The notes beneath the pieces are model-generated. The model was given only the letters and a program-made list of their open reading frames with translations. It was not told the origin of the DNA and did no database searches. Positions 41,681-51,886 of a DNA stretch of 64,000 bases are shown here, in pieces (position 1 is the first letter of the stretch; every line of letters starts with the position of its first letter). The translations under genes were made by a program, and so were the position numbers. The stretch covers positions 3,424,001-3,488,000 of the forward strand of contig OY762069.1 in assembly GCA_963665095.1 (NCBI GenBank), given 5' to 3'. The DNA comes from an uncultured Desulfobacter sp. Lineage in GTDB: Bacteria > Desulfobacterota > Desulfobacteria > Desulfobacterales > Desulfobacteraceae.

Positions 41681-43126
41681 ATGAGTGGTAAAACACAGCA
41701 CCCGGCAGACCTGTGGGCATTATTTCGCTTTTCGGTTATCGGCGGTTTACTGGCACGCCCTCCGGCAAAGGGAGAGTTGCAAAATGAACTGACCCGGCTC
41801 GCAGGTCAAATCTATTCTCATCCTGTGACGAACAAACCGACCTGTTTTCATTTTTCCACAATTGAGGCCTGGTATTACAGGGCAAAAAATTGCCAGGACC
41901 CAATTCTGGCTCTGGGCCGTAAAGTTCGTTCAGATATGGGCAAATCCACAGCATTGAATGCTGAATTGATCCGCCTTCTTGGTGTCCAGTACAACACTTA
42001 TCCGCAATGGAGCTATCAGCTTCATTGCGACAACCTGGCAGCTGAAATCGCTGAACAGGGCCTGTGTGAGAATCCGCCGTCCTATGCAAGTGTGAGAAGG
42101 CGTATGGTTGAACGGGGTTGGAGAAAAAAGGCTTCCAAGAACAAAAATCAAACATCCGGACAGAAATCAGCTTTTAAGCGATTAGAAACGTATGAAGTCC
42201 GTAGTTATGAAACCGAAAACATCCATGAATTATGGCATCTGGACTTTCACGAATGCAGCAGGCGCGTGGTGGACGAAAAAGGTCAGTGGCATACGCCCAA
42301 GGCATTGTGCATTCTTGATGATCGCTCCCGTCTGTGTTGTCATATTCAATGGTATTTGAATGAAACGGCAGAGGTTTTGATCCACGGCTTGTCCCAGGCG
42401 TTTTACAAAAGAGGGCTTCCCAGAGCCTTGATGACAGATAATGGTTCTGCCATGATTGCTCATGAAACCGGCAACGGACTTAAACGATTGGGCGTCAGTC
42501 ATGAGACCACGTTGCCATACTCGCCCTATCAAAATGGGAAGCAGGAAGCCTTTTGGGGTACACTTGAAGGCCGTTTGATCGCCATGCTGAGCCGGATGGA
42601 TTCTTTGACCCTGGTATATTTAAATCAGGTCTCCCAGGCCTGGATCGAGATGGAATACAACAAGTCAACCCATGATGAAATTCATATGTCGCCATTGCAA
42701 TGCGCCCTTGACGGCAAGGATGTGTCACGTCCTGCACCGGAACCTGAACAGCTTCAATTTTCGTTTACAGCCTGTGAATCCAGAAAACAGCGTCTGTCCG
42801 ATGGTACCATCTCTTTGATGGGCATCCGGTTTGAAATCCCTTCACGGTTTAATCATATCCAGCGTCTTCATGTCTGTTTTTGCTCCTGGGATAAATCGGT
42901 TGCCTGGCTGATAGATAAACGAACCGGAAATAAGCTTGCCGCAATTTATCCCCAGGACAAGACAAAGAATGCTTCAGCAATCCGTCGTATCAAATCCACT
43001 CCGGATGAAATTAACCCTGGCCATGAAACCCTGTCCGGATCAGAACCGGCCCTGCTTAAAAAGCTCTTGTCCGATTATGCAGCAACCGGAATGCCTTGTG
43101 CCTACTTGCCAATGGAGGAAAAGTGA
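41681..43126 (+). CDS. DDE transposase (rve core; IS481/Mu-like)
   Basis: WHLDF, ILDDRSR, TDNGS, PYQNGKQE; Mu-like C-terminal DGTISL.G.RFEIP. Confidence 0.9.
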   Translation: MSGKTQHPADLWALFRFSVIGGLLARPPAKGELQNELTRLAGQIYSHPVTNKPTCFHFSTIEAWYYRAKNCQDPILALGRKVRSDMGKSTALNAELIRLLGVQYNTYPQWSYQLHCDNLAAEIAEQGLCENPPSYASVRRRMVERGWRKKASKNKNQTSGQKSAFKRLETYEVRSYETENIHELWHLDFHECSRRVVDEKGQWHTPKALCILDDRSRLCCHIQWYLNETAEVLIHGLSQAFYKRGLPRALMTDNGSAMIAHETGNGLKRLGVSHETTLPYSPYQNGKQEAFWGTLEGRLIAMLSRMDSLTLVYLNQVSQAWIEMEYNKSTHDEIHMSPLQCALDGKDVSRPAPEPEQLQFSFTACESRKQRLSDGTISLMGIRFEIPSRFNHIQRLHVCFCSWDKSVAWLIDKRTGNKLAAIYPQDKTKNASAIRRIKSTPDEINPGHETLSGSEPALLKKLLSDYAATGMPCAYLPMEEK

Positions 43127-43950
43127 TGAACAGCAAACGATTATTGGCTTATTATGGATTGAAGTACAATCCTTTTTTACCAAATATTCCTGTGGACTCA
43201 TTATGGCATCCACCCCGGATGGAGGCATTTATTACACGCCTTGAAAATATGACCATGAACGGTGGATTTGCATTAATCGCCGGTGAACCCGGTCTTGGCA
43301 AATCCAAGACACTACAGGCGATTGCCCATCAGCTTGGCAAGCTTGATGAAGTCGTTGTCGGCGTTATGGAGCGCCCCCAAAGCAGCGTGGCCGATTTCTA
43401 TCGGGAAATGGGGACACTGTTTGGTGTCAATTTGAGTCCGGCCAACCGTTACGGAGGGTTCAAAGATCTGCGGCAACGATGGAAAAATCATATTAAAACA
43501 ACCCTGTTCAGACCCGTCCTGCTCATTGATGAGGCTCAGGAAATGCTTACCGGATGCCTGAATGAGCTTCGGTTGCTCAACAGTATGGATTTTGACTCCC
43601 AGAATTTATTGACCACCATTATCTGTGGTGATACCCGGCTGCCGGAACGGTTCAGAACCAGTGCATTGGTAGCCCTGGGGAGTCGACTCCGGTTCCGGTT
43701 AAAATTGGATCCTTATACCCGGGAAGAATTGTTGGATTATATAGCGCATTGCCTAAATCAGGCCGGAGCTCCTCAACTCATGACAAAACCTTTAATCACC
43801 GCTTTGGTAGAGCACTGTACAGGAAACTTACGGGTCCTCAATAATATGTCGGCAGAACTGCTTGAAGTGGGCGTTCAAAGAGAGCTGCCGCAACTGGATG
43901 AGAAACTTTTCATAGAGCTTTTTTCACTGAAACCGTCGCCAACCAGATAA
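43126..43950 (+). CDS. transposon AAA ATPase (ExeA/TnsC/MuB-like)
   Basis: GEPGLGKS, LLIDEAQ; ATG overlaps the transposase stop. Confidence 0.85.
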   Translation: MNSKRLLAYYGLKYNPFLPNIPVDSLWHPPRMEAFITRLENMTMNGGFALIAGEPGLGKSKTLQAIAHQLGKLDEVVVGVMERPQSSVADFYREMGTLFGVNLSPANRYGGFKDLRQRWKNHIKTTLFRPVLLIDEAQEMLTGCLNELRLLNSMDFDSQNLLTTIICGDTRLPERFRTSALVALGSRLRFRLKLDPYTREELLDYIAHCLNQAGAPQLMTKPLITALVEHCTGNLRVLNNMSAELLEVGVQRELPQLDEKLFIELFSLKPSPTR

Positions 43951-43961
43951 GAGGTATAAAA

Positions 43962-44204
43962 ATGACAATCAATGAAACACAACTTGAAAAAACAATGGCT
44001 GAAATTGTCGACGAGCTGGGCAATCTGGTCATGGAGTTGATCCTTGTCAGTTTAAAAAAAATAAACTCGGAAAATCATCTTTTGACAGAATTGCTGGAGA
44101 TCAAACAAGAGGAACAAAGAGAAAATGAATTTTATGGTTTTGGTGAAACGGAGCCGGGACATCCTGGGGAGGAAACCCGGCAAGGGATAGCCAAAAGCAG
44201 GTAG
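43962..44204 (+). CDS. small acidic hypothetical protein of the transposon
   Basis: GAGG RBS, 80 aa, followed by a terminator. Confidence 0.55.
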   Translation: MTINETQLEKTMAEIVDELGNLVMELILVSLKKINSENHLLTELLEIKQEEQRENEFYGFGETEPGHPGEETRQGIAKSR

Positions 44205-44221
44205 CATTGAATAATGCGCCG

Positions 44222-44253
44222 GGGGAAGCGGGGTTGACCTGCTTCCCCTTTCT
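44222..44253 (+). terminator. rho-independent terminator inside the transposon
   Basis: GGGGAAGCGGG-GTTGA-CCTGCTTCCCC-TTTCT. Confidence 0.7.
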
Positions 44254-44419
44254 GTATTATTCAAGCTTTCCTGCTCATGCCTTAAAAAACCCAATAAAAT
44301 CAGTCGGAGCGCAGCGACATCTGCTAATCATTGAAAATACAGTTATGCCTTTCCCTGATTTATCCTGATTGTCGCTCCATTGATTATCGTGCTTCCTCTC
44401 ATTTTACCCAGATCGACCT

Positions 44420-47400
44420 GTTTCAATCCACGCCCCCGCATGGAGGGCGACACATTTGGACAGTCAACGGTGTAGAGATGGTTTTTGTTTCAATCCACGC
44501 CCCCGCATGGAGGGCGACCTTAGCTTTTAAATACGTAGCGCAGTTGAACAAGTTTCAATCCACGCCCCCGCATGGAGGGCGACCGAGTTTTTGATACCAT
44601 AATCGTTTACAAGGAGTGTTTCAATCCACGCCCCCGCATAGAGGGCGACTGCCTAAAAGTGATGCCATGTTAATGGCATTCACTGTTTCAATCCACGCCC
44701 CCGCATGGAGGGCGACCAGCAGGGCATAGTCAAACGGCACGTTCAAGGGCTTGTTTCAATCCACGCCCCCGCATGGAGGGCGACTCTGTGGATGTTTTAA
44801 GGGTTTGTTGTCAGAGTTTGTTTCAATCCACGCCCCCGCATGGAGGGCGACCGTAAAGAGCGAATTGCAGTTGATGAACGGCAGCGTTTCAATCCACGCC
44901 CCCGCATGGAGGGCGACACGGTGACCTTGATGCCGCTGATGATGTATGTGCCGTTTCAATCCACGCCCCCGCATGGAGGGCGACAAGTAACAACCGCTGG
45001 GACAAGAGTTGTTACACTGTTTCAATCCACGCCCCCGCATGGAGGGCGACCATTGTGCCCAACTTTAGGGCCAACGTGTCCCGTGTTTCAATCCACGCCC
45101 CCGCATGGAGGGCGACTATTTTCCCTGCCGGTGTGGGGCAAAAGGTTGATGTTTCAATCCACGCCCCCGCATGGAGGGCGACCATTGTGCCAAATTTTAG
45201 GGCTAACGTGTCCCGTGTTTCAATCCACGCCCCCGCATGGAGGGCGACATTATTTTTCAATCAATTCAATGTTTGTGGCGGTGTTTCAATCCACGCCCCC
45301 GCATGGAGGGCGACCAGAGTCACCAAGGGAGACTTGTTTAAGGGCTTGTTTCAATCCACGCCCCCGCATGGAGGGCGACACAAAAATTGTTACACTGCAG
45401 AGGAGGCAATAACGTTTCAATCCACGCCCCCGCATGGAGGGCGACCATCTGCAGCTCTTTTTTACCAGGGTCCATATACGTTTCAATCCACGCCCCCGCA
45501 TGGAGGGCGACCGTCAGGCGTGTCTGTGGGACATTAAGTATCACATGTTTCAATCCACGCCCCCGCATGGAGGGCGACCCAGACCCAGACCCAGACCCAG
45601 ACCAATGCTAAGTTTCAATCCACGCCCCCGCATGGAGGGCGACCACAAACCAGACCAAATCTGAGACCAATGCTAAGTTTCAATCCACGCCCCCGCATGG
45701 AGGGCGACCGTCGAAAAACAGACAATCCCGCTCCAAGTGCCTGTTTCAATCCACGCCCCCGCATGGAGGGCGACCAAGAGCTGTTACACTGCAGAGGAGG
45801 CAGCAACGTTTCAATCCACGCCCCCGCATGGAGGGCGACCCCAATGTTTTCAGTGACTTAGGAGCAATACTGCGTTTCAATCCACGCCCCCGCATGGAGG
45901 GCGACGCAAGCACTTTAGGGGTTTGTTGGCGGAGTTTGAGTTTCAATCCACGCCCCCGCATGGAGGGCGACGCGCGAAGAGAGGCGCTGGATTCGTTTCC
46001 TTCCCGTTTCAATCCACGCCCCCGCATGGAGGGCGACCTGCAGCCTTTTCTTTGGGGGAAGTAGAGTCATTGTTTCAATCCACGCCCCCGCATGGAGGGC
46101 GACTCCCGTTTGGCGCTGAATTCAGCGCTGAGGTGTACGTTTCAATCCACGCCCCCGCATGGAGGGCGACGCCTAAAAGTGATGCCACGTTAATGGCATT
46201 CACTGTTTCAATCCACGCCCCCGCATGGAGGGCGACACTACTGGCCATTGTGCCAAATTTTAGGGCCAACGTTTCAATCCACGCCCCCGCATGGAGGGCG
46301 ACACCTTTTGCTGCTGGCGTTCCTGTCATAGTTATTCGTTTCAATCCACGCCCCCGCATGGAGGGCGACCCGCATGGCTTTCACTGCTTCCCATGTTCCA
46401 GGCGTTTCAATCCACGCCCCCGCATGGAGGGCGACCGCATGGCTTTCACTGCTTCCCATGTTCTATGCGTTTCAATCCACGCCCCCGCATGGAGGGCGAC
46501 ATAGGTGATCCCGATTTTCCAGACCTGCAATATGTTTCAATCCACGCCCCCGCATGGAGGGCGACACCCAACCAAACCGGGTTAAAAGCGGACAAAACCG
46601 TTTCAATCCACGCCCCCGCATGGAGGGCGACGACTATAGGCCGCTTAAATCAGGCGGGATCAGCTGTTTCAATCCACGCCCCCGCATGGAGGGCGACCCA
46701 AATGTTCCAGCTGTTCCGGCTGTTACAACGTGTTTCAATCCACGCCCCCGCATGGAGGGCGACGCGACTTTGATGCCGCCGAGGACGTATGTGCTGTTTC
46801 AATCCACGCCCCCGCATGGAGGGCGACCCCAATGTTTTCAGGGACTTAGGAGCAATACTGCGTTTCAATCCACGCCCCCGCATGGAGGGCGACTTTCTCT
46901 TTCAGCTACTCCGATGTCCCAGTCCACGTTTCAATCCACGCCCCCGCATGGAGGGCGACATTATTCAGCCTCCCCCATCACCCGGTACCGGCCGTTTCAA
47001 TCCACGCCCCCGCATGGAGGGCGACAGGGCGGGATTTGAACCCGCGATGTGCTGAGGGGTTTCAATCCACGCCCCCGCATGGAGGGCGACCTGGTTGTGA
47101 GCTGGTAAGCAAGCGCCAGCTCACGTTTCAATCCACGCCCCCGCATGGAGGGCGACAACTTGCTCCCATGCCCTACTACTCCAAGCCCGTGTTTCAATCC
47201 ACGCCCCCGCATGGAGGGCGACTCGCGGCAGCGGCCGTGATACCGCCCCTGTCACCGTTTCAATCCACGCCCCCGCATGGAGGGCGACCCAATGTTTTCA
47301 GGGACTTAGGAGCAATACTGCGTTTCAATCCACGCCCCCGCATGGAGGGCGACGCTCTAATTTGCAGTATAGATAACTATACCGCCGGTTTCAATCCACG

Positions 47401-48276
47401 CCCCCGCATGGAGGGCGACTTGTCATGAAGATAGACGCGCTTATAGACAAAATGTTTCAATCCACGCCCCCGCATGGAGGGCGACAAGACCCACGCCCCG
47501 CCTTTTGTCTCCACATCCTGTTTCAATCCACGCCCCCGCATGGAGGGCGACCGCCGGACTTGCGGAAATATTACCGGGTGGTCAGGTTTCAATCCACGCC
47601 CCCGCATGGAGGGCGACTGGGCGCGTTCAAAAAAGACAAACCACTTTTCAGGTTTCAATCCACGCCCCCGCATGGAGGGCGACTCGCGATTGCTATTTGA
47701 GGCTTTATATCGCGGTTGTTTCAATCCACGCCCCCGCATGGAGGGCGACCAGCCCGGTTAGTTGGTGCACCTACCTGCGTGGTCGTTTCAATCCACGCCC
47801 CCGCATGGAGGGCGACTCTTCAATCCCGTTCATAATGAGATTGTTTTAAGCGTTTCAATCCACGCCCCCGCATGGAGGGCGACGTAGAGCATAGTCAAAC
47901 GACCTGTTCAAAGCTTTGTTTCAATCCACGCCCCCGCATGGAGGGCGACCGCCAGGCATATGAAACGGATGAACAGTATGAAGTTTCAATCCACGCCCCC
48001 GCATGGAGGGCGACCAAGATTTTTTTCAAACAACTGTGCCTTCTCCCGTTTCAATCCACGCCCCCGCATGGAGGGCGACTGTCAGGCACCACAACATCCT
48101 CTGCAGGTGTCGTGTTTCAATCCACGCCCCCGCATGGAGGGCGACCCCAAAATACGCTATACAGATGGAAAAGCACTTGTTTCAATCCACGCCCCCGCAT
48201 GGAGGGCGACACCCGCAACCGGTCTATGGATGTTTTAAAGGCCCGTTTCAATCCACGCCCCCGCATGGAGGGCGAC
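44420..48276 (-). CRISPR. type I-C CRISPR array, leader-proximal half (59 repeats by my count)
   Basis: Same 32-bp repeat; one variant at 44618; ends at the AT-rich leader next to cas2. Confidence 0.98.
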
Positions 48277-48499
48277 AGTTACTATGTTAACCTGCTATAA
48301 TTTAACAAAAACAAATTGTCAAAGAGCGATCCTTCCCAAAGCTTTGGTTTTAAAAAGCATACGACCGGCCAAGGAGAAAAAAATGACATGATTTCAGATA
48401 GTTTTATAAATGCGAACCAATAAGTACCTACTCCCGTGATATCAATCTACAGCAACCTGATTTGACCTTTTAAGACAATTCGAACTTAGGGTTCGCAAG
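48277..48499 (-). promoter_or_regulatory. CRISPR leader
   Basis: AT-rich non-coding region between cas2 and the first repeat; inverted pair TGCGAACC (48411-48418) / GGTTCGCA (48490-48497). Confidence 0.85.
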
Positions 48500-48787
48500 C
48501 TACAAGATCAATGGCTCATCAAAGTCAATGGACTTTTTGGCACCGATATGCTCAACCCGCCTTTTCCAGTTTGACCCGAGAAAATAGAATCTTAAACTAT
48601 CTATATCAGGATTTATTTCATCAATCAGCTTTTGTCTTAAAACCGTCCATTGAGCAGGATCGACCACACACTCAAAAACAGAATACTGAACTCTTTGGCC
48701 ATAATTCTGACATGCTTTTGCAACGCGCCGCAGACGCTTTGCCCCTTTTTTTTCTATGGAAACATCATAGCTTATCAATACCAGCAC
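48500..48787 (-). CDS. cas2: CRISPR-associated endonuclease Cas2
   Basis: MLVLISYDV, YGQRVQYSVFEC, DSLRFY. Confidence 0.97.
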   Translation of the reverse strand: MLVLISYDVSIEKKGAKRLRRVAKACQNYGQRVQYSVFECVVDPAQWTVLRQKLIDEINPDIDSLRFYFLGSNWKRRVEHIGAKKSIDFDEPLIL

Positions 48788-48801
48788 AATAACTCCTTGG
48801 T

Positions 48802-49833
48802 CTATTTCCAGATAAAAGGGGGATATCCATCCAGATCCCCGCGGATAAACCTTGCCAAAAGCAGAGCCTGAATAAAAAACAAGGTTCCGATCTGAATTTT
48901 TTCATTGAGAAATGGATGGAACAGGCTCTCCTGCTTTCTTTTCTGATAAGTGGTAAGAACTGTTTTCCGGGTGTCATCATCCATATGAACGGCTCCGGAC
49001 TCTTTGACGACAAACCCGTCAGGTCTGACCTGACCTCTGTTAATCATTGACAGTACAAGTCTGTCGGCAAGAAACGGTCTGAACTCCTCCATCATGTCCA
49101 GGGCGAGGCCGGGCCGACCTGGCCGATCCCTGTGAAGAAAACCTACTGAAGTATCCAGTCCCACCGATTCCAGGGCAGACCGGACATCATGAACCAGCAG
49201 TGTATAAACAAAAGATAGCAGGCAATTCACTCTGTCCGTAGGAGGCCGTCTGTTCCTTCCTGAAAAAGAGAAATCGTCCTTTTGCTGAAAAATCAACTCA
49301 TCAAAAACACTGAAGTATTGATGGGCCGCGTCGCCCTCAATGCCGCGAAGGATGTCCAGGTCCTCCTTCTGCAGTTCCTTGCGAATGTAAATTGACAGCC
49401 GGTTGGATACTTTTTTGACTAAGGCCTGGTCTACTTTTTCGGAATGATCCCGCAGGCATCGTTCAAGCACGGTCCGGCAGTTGGCCAGTTTCCCGGTTAG
49501 GACAAAGCCTGCCACCTGTGCGGAAACATCCGGCTTGTCCGCCATCCGGAACTGCTTTCTTCGCAATAAAACATTGCCGGATACCGGTCCTTTGACCATG
49601 GCCAGAAACTTTCCGTATTCAGTCAAAAAGCTTATTGCCACATCATTTTCCGCACAAAATCCCATCAGGTAGGGGCTGCACCCCACAGAACCAAAACAGA
49701 CAATGCCGTCAAGGGTGTGAATGGGAATCCGCAATACGGTTTTCTGTTCAATTTTTACCGCAACGGTTTCCCCGTCTTTAGACAGGTACGCCCCTTGGGT
49801 GGTGACAAACAATGTATTCAGATGCTTTTTCAT
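48802..49833 (-). CDS. cas1: type I-C CRISPR-associated endonuclease Cas1
   Basis: MKKHLNTLFVTTQGAYL, RGIEG, LALDMMEEFR, YPPFIWK. Confidence 0.97.
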   Translation of the reverse strand: MKKHLNTLFVTTQGAYLSKDGETVAVKIEQKTVLRIPIHTLDGIVCFGSVGCSPYLMGFCAENDVAISFLTEYGKFLAMVKGPVSGNVLLRRKQFRMADKPDVSAQVAGFVLTGKLANCRTVLERCLRDHSEKVDQALVKKVSNRLSIYIRKELQKEDLDILRGIEGDAAHQYFSVFDELIFQQKDDFSFSGRNRRPPTDRVNCLLSFVYTLLVHDVRSALESVGLDTSVGFLHRDRPGRPGLALDMMEEFRPFLADRLVLSMINRGQVRPDGFVVKESGAVHMDDDTRKTVLTTYQKRKQESLFHPFLNEKIQIGTLFFIQALLLARFIRGDLDGYPPFIWK

Positions 49834-50481
49834 TTAATCTACATCTTCCTGAACCATTCGTTTCAACCAGGATGAAACGGTTCTTTTTTTTCCAATGGTT
49901 TTTGGCATACACAATGAATAGAATGAACAGGTATCGCATTTTTTAGCGTACCTGGGCGGCGGAGTAATCCCGGATTCAACCATCTTATGGAGTTGGTCTG
50001 CGGCGTCTATGGTCTTTTGTCTTAATTCCTCATCAAAAGCGACCTCCAGCCGACGCCTTGTTTTACCATAAAAAAGGGCGCCGGCCGAAATGCCAACATC
50101 CAGCATCTCCTCAAGGCACAGGGCCTGGGCGCAAAGCTGCACTTTGTCGGACAGGTCCTTTTTGGGCTTTCCCCGCTTGTATTCAACCGGAAAGGGAGAC
50201 CATTTATTAACACCGTCCTCTGTCCGGTGAAATTCAACCACATCCGCTTTTCCTGTTAACCCTAAGCGGGCAGATTTCAGGAGCAGCCCGTATTCAATCC
50301 TGACTTTCCCTTTGTCTGCCTGATCCCCTCTATCCACTCTTTCGTGCATAACCCTGCCCTGTGCTGTGAACAGATTCTCCTCCCACAACTGCTCCACATG
50401 AATCAAGGCGCACTGCCGTTCACAGAAAAGAATGTGCTGTAGTGCGGATAACTGCAGAAACTGCTTTTCCTGATACGCCAT
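49834..50481 (-). CDS. cas4: CRISPR-associated exonuclease Cas4
   Basis: SALQH..FCERQCAL, PVEYKRG, QLCAQ, C..CS...LC. Confidence 0.95.
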   Translation of the reverse strand: MAYQEKQFLQLSALQHILFCERQCALIHVEQLWEENLFTAQGRVMHERVDRGDQADKGKVRIEYGLLLKSARLGLTGKADVVEFHRTEDGVNKWSPFPVEYKRGKPKKDLSDKVQLCAQALCLEEMLDVGISAGALFYGKTRRRLEVAFDEELRQKTIDAADQLHKMVESGITPPPRYAKKCDTCSFYSLCMPKTIGKKRTVSSWLKRMVQEDVD

Positions 50482-50544
50482 ATTGCCCTTTCCCGACCAA
50501 AACCGTTTATATTCCCGCCGGTAGAATAAATATCAGCTGACATT

Positions 50545-51822
50545 TTAAAATCCGACCTCCCCAATATAAGGAAGGGCACCGTATCGTCCCTGAAGATACC
50601 CCTTTTCCAGCGCATCCCTTTTACAAGGATGAAAATCGGATAGCGAATAAAGCTGTGTGGCAGACGCGTTATCCTTTTCCACAAACCAGATCTGATCCCA
50701 TCTTAAAATTTTTAAATCCAGGATGGATGTATCATGGGTGGAAAAGACAAGCTGTCCATTGGCCTTATTAGAGACACGATTATGGATCATCCGAAGCAAA
50801 AACCGAATCATATGAGGATGAAAACTATTATTTAATTCATCAACAATCAATACCCGTCCATTTGTCAAAAGATCCAGCCAGGGACCGGCATAGGCAAAAA
50901 TTTTCTGCGTCCCAGCCGACTCATCCTCCAGTTTGAACGAGGTGGTCTGCTCCGAATCATTCATTTTATGGATGAATTCAACCTGCTTGAAACCTGTCCC
51001 GTTCAAATCCGTTGCTATTTTTTTCTTCAGCTCTCCGGGAACATTATCAGGCATTTTAATTTTATCTGTACTCAATTTGTCTGTTTTAATCCGGATGCCA
51101 TCCAGATTAACATCCGCACCTTTCATAAATGCCAGCACAGTGTTTCTGACAGTTTCTTCCTCACATTGTTCAATGGTAAACCCGGGATCAACATTCACCC
51201 CATGTCCGATAATCATCAATTTTTTAAACCAGGCAAACACTGGTTTTAACTGTTCACTGTTCAATTGCACAGCAACCGACAGGAAAAGGGCATTGGGGCG
51301 TGTATTCTCTTTCCATGTTTTTTTATTTCCGGCGAGTTTATTGCCCAAAGACCAGGCTTCTTCACCGGTTTTAGAATCAAATGAACGCTCAAACCATCGT
51401 TGAGGCCGGCTTTCCGGGTATGCCAGAAGCCACTCCCCGGTAACCCGTGCCTCATTACATGCAAATCCGTATTGGTACCGTACCTCGTCCTGGATAAAAA
51501 AAATCTCAAGTTCTGTTGACTCTGAAAGTCCCTGAGAATTCAGTCTGAATGGGAAACGATTGATAGTGTCTCCATCCTGTCCATGTCTGGAAGAGTCCAG
51601 GACAAAGCGCTGCATAAAGCCAAGCGCAGAAATCAAATTGCTTTTGCCCGCCCCATTGGGTCCCCAAATAACAGCAGACTTTAACAGTTTCAATAATCCC
51701 TTTATGGGGGTATCAAACACATTGCTGTCCTGCAGATCCTTAATGGCATTGCCTGCCGTCATGCTAAGGGTCTGCTGTTCCCACACAGATTTATAATTTT
51801 TTACACTGAATTCAATAAGCAT
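50545..51822 (-). CDS. ABC-type AAA ATPase (AAA_21/RloA/AbiEii-associated type)
   Basis: FSVKNYKS, GPNGAGKSN, ESAGT, LIVDE, FSTHD, YLQGRYGALP. Confidence 0.85.
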   Translation of the reverse strand: MLIEFSVKNYKSVWEQQTLSMTAGNAIKDLQDSNVFDTPIKGLLKLLKSAVIWGPNGAGKSNLISALGFMQRFVLDSSRHGQDGDTINRFPFRLNSQGLSESTELEIFFIQDEVRYQYGFACNEARVTGEWLLAYPESRPQRWFERSFDSKTGEEAWSLGNKLAGNKKTWKENTRPNALFLSVAVQLNSEQLKPVFAWFKKLMIIGHGVNVDPGFTIEQCEEETVRNTVLAFMKGADVNLDGIRIKTDKLSTDKIKMPDNVPGELKKKIATDLNGTGFKQVEFIHKMNDSEQTTSFKLEDESAGTQKIFAYAGPWLDLLTNGRVLIVDELNNSFHPHMIRFLLRMIHNRVSNKANGQLVFSTHDTSILDLKILRWDQIWFVEKDNASATQLYSLSDFHPCKRDALEKGYLQGRYGALPYIGEVGF

Positions 51823-51886
51823 GATGCATTTTCCAAATTTGGAAAAAAACAAAAAAACTGCATTTTTTGCAATGAAAATATAATTT

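Larger units (their letters stand above)
40861..44401 (+). mobile_element. four-ORF IS/transposon (Zn-finger-HTH, DDE transposase, ExeA-like AAA ATPase, small ORF) inserted in a CRISPR spacer
   Basis: TG...CA ends with imperfect IRs (TGAGAATGATCAC vs TGAGAGGAAGCAC), shared subterminal ATAATCAATGGA (40952-40963 / 44376-44387 rc), TTTT target duplication. Flanks rejoin to a 33-bp spacer. Confidence 0.85.

Noticed and set aside
40842..44411. CTGGGTAAAA / TTTTACCCAG as the IS terminal inverted repeats
   Set aside because: That boundary would leave no full spacer. These arms belong to the palindromic target spacer, which has a homolog at 40378.
46104..46138. Perfect 16-bp palindrome GCGCTGAATTCAGCGC in a spacer, and a general enrichment of hairpin spacers
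   Set aside because: The palindrome is real, but enrichment cannot be established without a shuffling test.
44717..47917. In-frame TAG/TAA in paired spacers suggesting a recoded phage
   Set aside because: Other frames (KPLNVPFDYAL/KALNRSFDYAL; KSCYTAEEA) are stop-free and explain the substitutions as synonymous or conservative.
36879..48300. Dozens of ORFs with repeated FQSTPPHGGR / VSIHAPAWRAT / SPSMRGRGLK
   Set aside because: These are translations of the CRISPR repeat, not genes.
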